64,000 nucleotides of DNA from Hypanus sabinus. Its lineage: Eukaryota. The position numbers were made by a program, and so were the translations under genes. The stretch is taken from positions 1,798,001-1,862,000 of the forward strand of contig NC_082722.1 in NCBI RefSeq assembly GCF_030144855.1, given 5' to 3'. The notes beneath the pieces are model-generated. The model had not been told where the DNA came from and did no database searches. It saw nothing but the letters and a program-made list of their open reading frames with translations. Shown here in pieces: positions 23,520 to 35,500 of this stretch (position 1 is its first letter; every line of letters begins with the position of its first letter).

Positions 23520-26500
23520 GTATGTATACGCTTCTCTCGTTAATCCGGAATAACGGAGCCGGGGCAGGGGATATTTTAATGAGGTACAACTGCTCAATTA
23601 GTAAACCACAGTTTAAATATTCGCAATTAATTTACTTCAGTCACAAGTAAATCGAACTTTTGGGATACAGTGACAGTTTATGCTTTTTTCTGGTCAATAA
23701 AGCCGATTATTATTGTCTGATGACGATGTTTTTCATTCTGACAGTTGCTGACAGGAGCTCGTTCAACGTGCGCCAGTTTCCTGAGCAGGTGACTGAGACA
23801 GAGGGTGCAAATGTGTCATTTTACTGCACCTACCCAATCTTCGCTCAGAACTCACTGGTGGATGTTTATTGGAAAAAAGTCGGACAAGAACGATCTATAG
23901 ACGCCACTGCAGACAGAAGGATAAATATAAGTTCAGAGCAAATGTCTGCCGGATTTCATATCTTTGGAGTGAGGTTCAGGGACTCTGGAGTCTATTATTG
24001 CAGTGTGAGAGACTGGACAGGAAAGATGTCCCAAGGCAAAGGCACGAATGTTATTGTACACGGTAATTCTCATTCTCACTCGTTTGTTTTAGACAAATGC
24101 AACCACTGAGCGAGTTAGATATTGATAAAGTATAATAAGGGGCCGCCTCTCCATCCACAATAGTATTCTTCCTTTCGGGTTTGAATAACTACTGTTTACT
24201 GTTGGTGGAGCAGTGAATTTCTGAAATAGCATTCTTCTCTAATTTCATGTAATTTATGCTCCTTCTTATCTGGAGAATTAAATCCTGGTATGTACATATA
24301 ATTAAGTACTTCAAGTCGGTAGATAGGTAGTTAATGGAATAGAATGTTTCATGTGTTAACTGAAATCATTTAATCAGATTCTAGACCTGTAAGTTACAGA
24401 TGATGACGTGCCCTTCGTAAGTTAAGAGTTCAACCATTAGCTGCAGAATATCAAACCGATTCTGGAAAAAAAGATCTAGTGCTTTGCCGACATGTACGAC
24501 GAATAAACTCTTCTCGGGTTTCCAACAGGCTACAGACGTCAATTGTAACCGATGTCTCGGTGGCATACTCTGCCATCTTTAGAAAAGCCCGAGAAGGTTT
24601 CTCCCACTATCCAAAAGTCGAACGCTAATATTAAAAAAAATCGTAAACTGAAATGGCGTAAATCGAAGAAGCAATTGCCATTAATTTATACAGGAAAATT
24701 TTTGAGCGTTCCCAGACCCAAAAGATATGGGCTTTGGAAACTCGAGTCTGCCTGTCCCATTTCAAATAGAAAAAAATGAATAAATGTTTGCTGTGTGTTT
24801 TTACATAATTAGCGCATGGAAAACACATTAACCTCTAAACAGAATCAGAAACGAGATTAAAATCACGGACATACGTCTGAAAGTCGAGTCCGAATCATAG
24901 GGTTTTCATTGCAAGGTATAGAAGATGATTGCCAGATATTTCTTCCGCGCAGACGCTTCCGCTGTCCAGGCTGGGACCGGGCTGCGTTTGAACTCAGATC
25001 CACTCGCCATGAAGTCTAGTGCTGATGCACTGAGGTAGTGTTCTTAAGTTCATTATCCATGAGGAATTGGATGGCAGAGAGGAAGAAAAGGTTTTTGAAT
25101 CGTTGTGAATGTGTCTTCCCCGGTTCTATACATCTTTCCTCACGGTAATAATGAGAAGAAGACTTGTCCTGGGTAATGGAAGTCCTTAACGACGGACACA
25201 GCCCTCCGGAGACACTGCTCCTTGAAAATGTCTTCGATACTACGGATGCTAGTACCTATGGTAGAACAGACTCATTTTATAACTTATTTAGCTTCTTTCG
25301 ATCCAGTACAGTAGTCACTCCGCAGCATACCAGATGGTTATGCAACCTTTAAAAATGCTCCCTACTTACATCTGTAGAAGTTTTCGAGTGCCTTAGGTGA
25401 CAAACCAAATCTCCTCAAACTTCTAATGAAAATATAGCCACTATCTTGTCCCCAAGTGTAGCTACGTTGATATATTAGGACCATGTTAGATACTCAGAGA
25501 TATTGACATCCAGGAACTTGAAATTGCCCACTCTCTCCAAATCTGGATATTTGATTTATGATCCCTCGTCCTACTGTTTCTGAAGTCGTCATTCAACTTT
25601 TTGGTCTTACTGACGTTGAGTGAAAAGTTGGTGCTGGAACGCCACTCACCTTGCTGATATAGTTCGCTCATGTAAACCCTCCCTTCTACATCTGAGATTC
25701 TCCAACAATTGTTGTATCATTACCAAATTTATTGATGGCATTTTAGCTATGCCTAGCCACTTAGTCACGGGTAGAGTGAGTAGAGAAGTGGGCTGAGGAC
25801 ACATCCCCGAGGAGCGCCAGTGTTGATCCTCATTGAGGAGCAGTTGTTAATACAAAGTGTGGTCTTTAGGTTAGCAAGTGGAGAATCGAATTTCAAAGGG
25901 AGGTACAGAGACCAATAGATTATCAACAAGACTGTACGAATGTTGATGATAAACGCTGTAGTCAACGAAATGCAAACAGCATCCTGAAAGGTGTTTGTAT
26001 TGTCCTGGTGATCTCAGGCCGTCTGAAGAACCGTTGATTATGATTCTACCCCTGTGAGCGACCATATATGCTGCCTTAAGTTCTGATCCTGAAAAATACA
26101 GCAGCGTACTCTCTATGAATTCCTCCATCGATAACTATTAGGAACTATTACACAGTTTCACAGTGCCGTAGTAGTATTGCCCGTGTTCTAGTTTATTCTC
26201 TGTTTTATTTAAAAACATATTTTATTACTCAGCTCAGAGTGGTTAATCTGTGCAATTCTCTGTACAGTGAAGCTGTAGAGGCTACTTCAGTAAATATATA
26301 TGTAAGTACATATATATATATATATAACTTTTTATTGAGTTTTCAAATAATTACAGAAATAAAAGAAAATATATGAGAGAAAATAATATATATATACCCT
26401 ATCCCCCTCCCCTTAACCCCTCCCCCTAACATCCCTATATAAAAAAGAAAGAAAGAAAGAAAGGAAAAAAAAAGCAAGAAAGAAAGAGTGCCTGGATATC

Positions 26501-29500
26501 GGAAGATCCACGAATGCTCCATGGAGTTTGTAATAACTTTAGTATATATATTTATTTATTTCCCCAAATAACCAATTATTTCATCTTCGGAGCACCTATA
26601 TATTTAATCGTTTCTTTGGTAAATAAGGGCGCCAAATTTTCAAAAAGGTTTTATATTTATCTCTTAAATTTTAAGTAATTTTTTTCAAGTGGAATACAGC
26701 CATAAAACGATCTATACTTAAGTATGTATCCGATTTCCAAGTAACTGCAATAGCCTTTTTGGTTGCTGCCAATGCAATTTTTATAAATTCTTTCTGATAT
26801 TTATTCAATTTGGGTTTCGGTTTTATCCCTTTAATATCGCCTAGTAAAAATAATATTGGATTATGTGGAAGTTGTGTTCCAATAATTTGTTCCAATAAAA
26901 CTCTTAAATTTGTCCAAATAGGGTGAATTTTAGAACACGACCAAGTAGAATGTAAAAAAGTACCGATGTCTTGTTTACATCGGAAACACTGATTGGATAA
27001 ATTTGGGTTTAATTTATTTATTTTTTGTGGTGTAATATATAATTGATGTAAATAATTTTATTGCACTAATCTTAACCGGTCATTTATTGTATTTGTCATA
27101 CTATCAAGACATAGTCTTGACCAATTTGTTTCTTCAATTTTAATATTCAAGTCTCATTCCCATTTTTGTCTTGACTTATGGACTTCTTGTTTAATTGCCT
27201 ATTTTTGAATCAAGTTATACATATAAGAAATAATTTTTTAATCTTTCCTTTTTGAATTAAAGTTTCTATTTCATTAGATTTCGGCAATAACATTGTTTGA
27301 CCTAATTTTTCTCTTAAATAAGCTCTTAGTTGGAAGTAACAAAAAAGAGTATTGTTTGATACATTATATTTATTCTTTAATTGATCAAATGACATTAATA
27401 AACCTCCTTCAAAACAATCTCCTATATATCTAATCCCTTTTTGAAACCAATTATATAAAAGTTGATTATCCATTGTAAAAGGAATAAGTCTATTTTGAAT
27501 TAAAGATCTCTTTGCTAATACAGATTTCTATGTCTTTTCCATAACATTTATCTTATTCCATAAGTCAATCAAATGTTTTAATATAGGAGATTCTTTCTTT
27601 TCCCGTATCCATTTAGATTCCCATTTATATATAAAATCTTCTGGTGTATTTTCTCCTATTTTATCTAGTTCTATTCTAATCCATGCCGGTTTATCTTTCT
27701 CAAAAAAAAATGCAATGAATCTAAGTTGGTTTGCTTTATAATAATTCTTAAAATTTGGAAATTGTAACCCTCCTAGATCAAATTTCCAGGTCAATTTTTC
27801 CAAAGATATTCTTGACATCTTACCATTCCAAAGAAACTTCCTCACATATTTGTTTAACTCTTGAAAAAAATTCTGAGGTTGTTGTATTGGTAATGATTGA
27901 AATAGGTATTGTAGCCTGGGGAATATATTCATTTTTATGGTATTCACTCTACCTACTAATGTTATTGGTAATACCATCCATTTATCAAGATCTTCTTGAA
28001 TTTTTTTTCACTTATGGAAAGTAATTTAATTTATACAAGTTCTTTATATCATTATCAACTCTTATACCTAAATATTTTATACCATGTGTCGGCCATCTAA
28101 ATTGGGTTATTAACGACTTTGACTATAATCTCCTTTAGTAAGAGGTATAATTTCACTTTTATACAAATTTATTTTAGAACTGATATTTTCCCATGTTCTT
28201 CTAATCTATAGGATAATTTACGCAACGAGTGCAATGGGTTTGTTAAATAAAGCAGAACATCATCAGCAAATAAGTTAATCTTATATTCTTCCTGATTAAC
28301 TCTAAAACCCTTAATATCTGGGTCCATTCTAATTAATTCAGCTAATGGTTCTATCGCCAACACGAATGAAGCAGGTGATAATGGACAATGTAATATATAT
28401 TTAAGAGAAGTTTGGATGAGAGGTCTGCATAGTGGGGAATTAAGTGTTATGGGAGAAACGCAGGTTGGTATGGAGATGAGTCCACGGCCAGATCAGCCAT
28501 GATCTTATTGAATGACGGAGCCGGCTCGCCGGCTCAGCTGGCCTTCTTCTGCTCATATTTCTTATGTTCTTATGTAGTCAGTTAAACAGTAGAACGTGTA
28601 AAAAGCAAAACAATGATATGAATAATTTTAATATATTAACGATTTCATGACATTTTCCGAGATTCAGTCGTGAATGTGGTATAGCATGTAATATACGTTT
28701 GTCTTTGAGGCAGATAAATGGCAGTATGTGCGGTATGGAAGACAGAACTCATCAAATCACAGAATTGAGAATTGCACATATAATTAGTACAACGTATAAC
28801 AATAGAGGTAAAAAATAGAAATGATAAATTCAGGATTCCTCAATATTTAACAGTTGTAACTCTTCTTGCGATGTCATATCCTTGTTTAAAAGTTCGGAGC
28901 ATGGACTGTGAACAGAAGAAATACCCGTCTAAACTGTCACTGGGAAATTGATAATGTCGATTGCTCATCGATGAAATCGTCAATTTTGGTCATCATTGAA
29001 CCATGTATTGGAAACAACATTTTTTAGACTATGTGCCCTCTTTTCACCTTACGTCTGAATTACCGCATCAAGCTAGATAAAACATTAATATAGCACTATA
29101 TTGCCCCCAAAAAGGGCGGTATTATTCATCTTGTTCCAGCATCATTTTCAAGTCTATCCCTCAACGTAGAGACGTTAATCTGAAAAAAAAAATCTTCTTT
29201 ATATTCCGTACTGAACTTGCAGGGAATTTTCATCATTTTGTCATAACTTGCTGCAGCCTCAGAGACAAAGCAAAAACATACAGCGTCCAAAACAATAAAC
29301 AAGTAATGATTTGTGATGCTTTAAAATAAATATTTGACCAGATTCATTTTCAATAATGGAAAATTGTGCAACATCTTTGGCACATTTGCTCTATTAATTC
29401 TGTTCTGATCCGAAGGTTTGAGCTTTTTCTTTCACTAAATTCACAAGAATTTAGCTTTATTTATTCACTCTTGTTGCAATCCCTGCTTATTATTTTCCTC

Positions 29501-32500
29501 CTGTTACTTATGCTTTTCCATTCCCCTGGTTGTTCCTGCTTCCAGCATGGTCCAACATGCTGACTTCCACAATCATGTGCTCTCGATCCTCTGCATCCAT
29601 CAAGCACTTTTTGGTTATTCCTTTATCAGCTGTCATGTTATTTATTCCAGAACAATACTTCTATGGCAACTTCTGGTGCCATACAGAGCCTCTGGTGGTA
29701 TCTACCTTAGAACATCTAGGTATGCAGATTCAGGATGTGGACCAGACAGCCGGGTAATATCGGTGAATTATTTCCAAGAAAGGATCGTGTTGCAATTTGC
29801 AGTGGGTGACTACCGGTATTTTTTCTTGAATTGGAAGACTTTGCTCTGCATAGGGTTGGGTTGTAGTTATGTCGAAATATCGCGCAACATTTTTGGATCT
29901 CATGAAAACACAATCCTTCAGGCCTCCATCAAGTTTTCTCGCAACCTTTGTTTCAAACATAGGAAGCTCACGAGTGACGGTGTGTTAAGCTCAGGCTGCA
30001 CGGAACTTTCAGCAGGTTCAGAGAATCAGAACACAGGGACAGAGCATAGTGAGTTAAATAAAAAGACATGTATTCTGAAACAACCAAATAGAGGGGTCGA
30101 GTATTTTCTCACTGGTGAGGGGCTGCAAATGAATAACTGAGGAAACGTGTTATTAAGGAAATAAAGGAAATCCAAACGTTATAAATTACAAAACCTAATA
30201 TTCCATAGCATTACCCTACCCAGGAACAATCTCACTACGCTATGTTTGGTTCATTAATTTTATTGATGTAGAGATGTTGTCTTGTTATATGCAACTGACA
30301 ACTGGAATTTTACTTTGATATGATTCGCTCCTTAACGAGCTCAGGACAAAAGACATTACAATTACTTGTTTCTTGTTGTTGCTGAATCTGACCTTGCTTA
30401 AATCGGATATTTTTCTTCTTCATAATCAGCTCTAGAACTCTACCAAGGACGCCTGCGAACTAAGGAGGGTTGGGCATAGGGCTGGCAAATCCACCCCGTA
30501 AAAACGCAGAGTTACAGAGATATCATCAGAGTCCCAAAGACCATATCGGGTGCCGCGATATCGGAGAACTAGTGCGCTGCGATTTAGTTTGGGGCGAGCA
30601 GGAGTTCGGAGTTAAGTTCCAGTGCCGTCTGTTAGGAGTTTTTTTATGATCTCCGGGTGTAAAACGTGTGTTTTCGCCAAGTGTTTCGGTTTCTTCCCAT
30701 AGTTCAAAAATGTTCCGGGTATGTGAATTGGTCATTGGAAGTGGTCCCTGATTAGGCTAGTGTAATTCGGATTTGACGGGGGTTGCTGAAGCTGTCTCGG
30801 AGGGGCGGGATGTTATACTTCGTTCTGTGTCTCTCAAACAAAAATCAATCTCTTGGAGCGGAGAGATCTTCGCCAAGAAGATCTGTGATGGAATGCAGCT
30901 GATGACAACTTGAAGGGCTGCCCCAAGACAGCGGACTCAGGCGATCCGAAAAAGAAAAGGAAAATCCAGTAGGCCAGTGACAACAATCGATTGGTGACAA
31001 ATACATTAGTCACCATTCTTATGGAGTGGCGCCTTTTTTATTCTCCCAATACAGTTATTGCTGCCAACATGAAATAATGCTGACGTTAACTTTGGCTCGA
31101 TTTCTTACATCTACGTTTTGTTTTATTTCCATAGCTCACCATAATCAGTTTCCACTCCAGGCTGATTTAACAAAATTTTATCTCTCAGTGGCAAAGTCAT
31201 GGTACACTTTACCTTCAAAATTGAATGTTCAAATGCTTATCGACCACGTTCTTTCAGTCTGTCAGAAAACAAATGTTTGTTTCTTTTTCATGTTGACAGA
31301 CTGTAGGAAACCATTTAACTGCTGCACTTGTGGGGTTATTAAAATAACCAAAGAATAGTATTGTTTGTTTTCACATGAATCATAGATTTATTCAACATAG
31401 ACTGACACTTTTCAGCCCAAATCTGACATGCCGAACAAACTGCAATATCCCTGAACACACTTTTTTTTTCTACTCATGCGCCTGTCTAAACTTTTTTGGC
31501 ATTACCATTTTATCGCGCCTCCGCAGCTTCCTCGGGCATGTTATTACATGTACTTACACTCTTACATATGTCCCATATGATATATTGCAACTAGGTTTGT
31601 TCCAGGTAGACATGTTCGAATAAGAAGTCTAAGTGCAACACGGATTACAGCATTGTTGGATAGACAATTATATGTTTGATGAATTATGAGAGATTTAATT
31701 ATTTTCAATGTCTGTCGATTGTACAGCACGATGTGTGCCGAACTGATTGTACCTAATCACCGCAGCCCGCACAAGTTCCACGTCCTTTCCATATATCCTG
31801 ATTTCCACCTCCACTCTATTCGGATAAATATTATTATTCCATTCTTTCTAAATAGTAACATATTTCTCAGCGAGTTACAGAACAGTTGAAACAATATTTC
31901 AGTTGCTTTAAAAGTGGAATTTTTGTTTCTTCTCATAAATTGACCGATTGTTCTCTAAATTTAGTGTAGGATTTACGCTCTGTAGAAGAAGGCGATTTGC
32001 TGTCACAACATCATATTGTTGCGTTTTTCTATTGATGTTGAATGGTATTCTGAATTGAATGTTATTTCCTTAAAATCTTGTTGGTAGTAACACGCTCTAT
32101 TGTATTGTGTATTATTCACTGTATCAATTTTCACCATTGTGGCATTTATCAAAATCTCGCACGTTCTTCTGCATTGTAAAATTTTAGCCGTCAATCATAC
32201 TAGATAGCTGAGTCCACCTTGCGTGCACCAAGTTTCTACAAAAAGTAGTTAACCTGCGTTTTGTTGTCCAGTTTTCCCACTTTGTTTTCACTCAACCTCC
32301 CCCACCTGAAATAACTGGAAGTGTTCGAATTCGTATATAATCTTTTCATAATCACACACTTTTATAATCACAATTACTATAAAACACACGCTAAATTTAA
32401 TTGCATACGTTAGCTACAATAGGTTTGCCCTAACATTAAATTACTTTTATATGCAATACGATGTAAGGTAATTGACGTGATTAAACGGGTATATAGTATC

Positions 32501-35500
32501 AATCGGTATGAAGAATCGATGGAAGATATAATGGGATTCAAACTGTATTCAGTATTTGCAGAAATAATTAATTTGTTTTTGTCAATCGGTAGTGTGGTTC
32601 TTATGTTTTAACGTTATAACAATTATGACATAGGAATTGCAACTACCTGAGCAGAAATGCTTTACAGCACAACACATTATAGAACGTGCAGAACTTCATC
32701 ACATGTAAATATAATAATTTATAAAGGGTAAAATTAAGATTAGACAAACCAACAGAAACAAACAAATTCTACAGTAGCTTTCTGCATATGGAAAACAGAG
32801 AAATAAATAGTGGTCACGGAATCAGGGAGTAACGCTGAAAGATTTTATGTAATTTCTCCATGAAACCTTCATCTGAAAAGTCTCTATTCATTGAAAAAAA
32901 AAACTAACGAAACTGTACATCATCATGTACAACGTCATACAAAAATATTTAATCTGCTTGATTTGGGTCGAATGTTTTCAAATTAAATTCAAATTAACAA
33001 TCCTGCTTGTGGAGAATATTTTTTTCTCTGTCAGCGATTATTTTCTCTGATGACTGAGCGCTTAGAGATTCCAGCTCTTTTTTTTACTCATTTGCAGTCC
33101 CGCCGGCGCCGTTGAAAATCACCGAAGAGAACGCTCCTTCCGTGGCTCTGACGTGCACAACTTCTGCTTTTTTTCCGGAGGACTATGAGCTCATATGGCA
33201 TAAGAATGAATTCGCAATCACTTTTGGGGTAAACACCACAATAAGGAAGAACGAGGAGGGATTATATCTCGTTTCAAGCTCCCTCAGTACAATAGAGAGA
33301 GGGTCTCTTTATACTTGCCAGGTGTTTCATGAATCTATGAAGGCGCCAGCCTCCGAGTCATATAGAACCAGATTGGGTAAGAGGCTCATATATATTCTCA
33401 ACCGCATGTTTTACGTCTATTTATAAATTCCTCACAAAGACTGAGGAAGAGAACACATTCAAAGGGAAAAGGGAAATGTAAGGCAGTGGCTATACAAAAG
33501 AAGAGTTGAATATCACATTAAATTGGTGCTGTTTCCAGCTTCAAGGGATAATTTGCAAAATAATAATGTAAATTCCTTACTTTTGTAGATTATGTCTTTC
33601 TAAATCTCTGTTATCGGTAATGCAGACTTGCTTTTTTATGTAATTTTATCAGATCTCCACTTTGCACAATCACAATAGGACTTATGATCACTGAACTATA
33701 TGGCCTAAAATTTGTTGTTGTTTGGCGGCACTACAATGCAGTCATCGAACTATTATAAATTACATACATAAATCAGTAGCAAAGTGATGGCGTAAGGAAT
33801 GAAGATGTTTCATAGTCGGTGAGTCTGGGTCTTCAGATATCTCCTCCACGACGGAGCAAAGTGAAGAATATATGCACTTTCGACTTCATATCTAACATAA
33901 ATAGAATTTCCTAGATCGTCTTGAACGCGTCACAATCTTAGACACAATATCACAGTGCTAGGCAGACCATAATTTAATGAAAATGCAGCATGACTTCACT
34001 TCTTTCAGATTCCACATTTCTATCGACGAATAACATAAGCCTCATTATCACATTCGCAGCTTACCCTGACATGTCACTATAAATAAATGCAAGTTTTTTC
34101 CCCTTCATCTGGCTTAAAAGAACATGTTGTTATCCCTACTTCTGCACACCAAGCTACTACACCTTATGGTCGTCTGTCTGTCCAATATATCAGAGCTCGT
34201 ATCATGCTAACGTTTGCCGGCACAATTCACAACACTACCGAGAAATTTTGTTTTGTATTATCCTACTCTTTGACCTGAGGTCCCTTGCTTATATTTGCCA
34301 CCCCCTGCTTAAGTCCATGCATGATCAACTTATTCAAGAGTACATAATTATTGATGAAAATAAGTGGAATTTAATGTTGATATTATCATTTATTAATCTC
34401 CTATGTATAATCTGCGTTTTATTTCAAGTTGCGATTTATGACTAAAGCAATGAGGTCAAGATGTGAGAGAACATATGGATCGCTTTCTGTACAGCTCTGG
34501 TGCACGTGATTCAATTGTTTAACTTCTCTGTAAATTGCTAATTTTTGACTTCTATTGCACACCTCAGAAAGTAGACACAAGTTCAGCTTAATCCTGACGG
34601 GTGCACTTGGAGCAGGCGGAGTCATTATCCTAGCGCTGGTGTTACTTATCAGGTGCTGCAGAGCAGACGGTGTTGAAGGTAAGACGTTACATTGCTTTGG
34701 CCTATATTTAGTTTCAATAGCATATTGGAGTTGAAATGGCTGTGAGAAGGGTAAAGCATCCATGCTGTGAAATAGATTTAGTTGGATGTGCTTGGGGGTC
34801 TATCTGTCAGCTGAGGTTTGTGTGGAGAATAAGATTTGAAACGCATTTTACTCGATCTTACAGAATTTTGATAAAAACGGTATTGTTAACTCTGCAAGAA
34901 GTGTTACAAAGTTGGAATGTTTGTTGCCGCATGACAGCAAATGCAATCCAGAGAGTTTGAATATTTTTATGCAATGCAATAGGTCAAATTTTATCACCAG
35001 TAATATCAGCACCGGGTGGTTTGGTCAAACGACGAGAATGGCATCACATCAGTGGCCTGTTTCTAACGCATCAGGTTGCTTCTCGAATATTCAATAACAT
35101 TCAGTGCACCTGTTCACATTTTGAGAGTGAAATTGGTCACTTTTTATTTCCTCTATAGTTGCCGAAAATGATGAGAACTTAATTCGCTACCCGGAAAATC
35201 AGGTAAGATTAATATTATTTTGACATATATAGAGGTTTACATATTTTGCAGATGCACCCAATATTTGTAGCACATAATTGGAACAACAGAATGGCTGTCA
35301 CTTTGCATGTAACACCTTCTGTTCTAGGATTGCATGGTTCATTTTTGTTTTGTATCTCTGGCTTATGTAGTGCAACATCTTCAGCGATTTATTTATTCAG
35401 AGGAGGTTCACAAGGATGATTCCAGGAATGAAGAACGTTTGATGGCTCTGTGTCTGTACTCGCTGGAATTCAGAAGCATAAGGGGGATCACACTGAAACC

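Noticed and set aside
24001-24007. CAGTGTG directly after the YYC codons
   Set aside because: It is not the CACAGTG heptamer (no CAC), has no nonamer, and simply encodes C-S-V.
29547-30140. 197-aa ORF in intron 2
   Set aside because: No recognisable domain or splice frame apart from the small cassette candidate, which is in a different frame.
34248-34445. Hydrophobic ORF (..LMLILSFINLLCIICVLF..) as the TM exon
   Set aside because: It has no suitable acceptor and ends in a stop. 34568-34678 has correct splice sites and phase.
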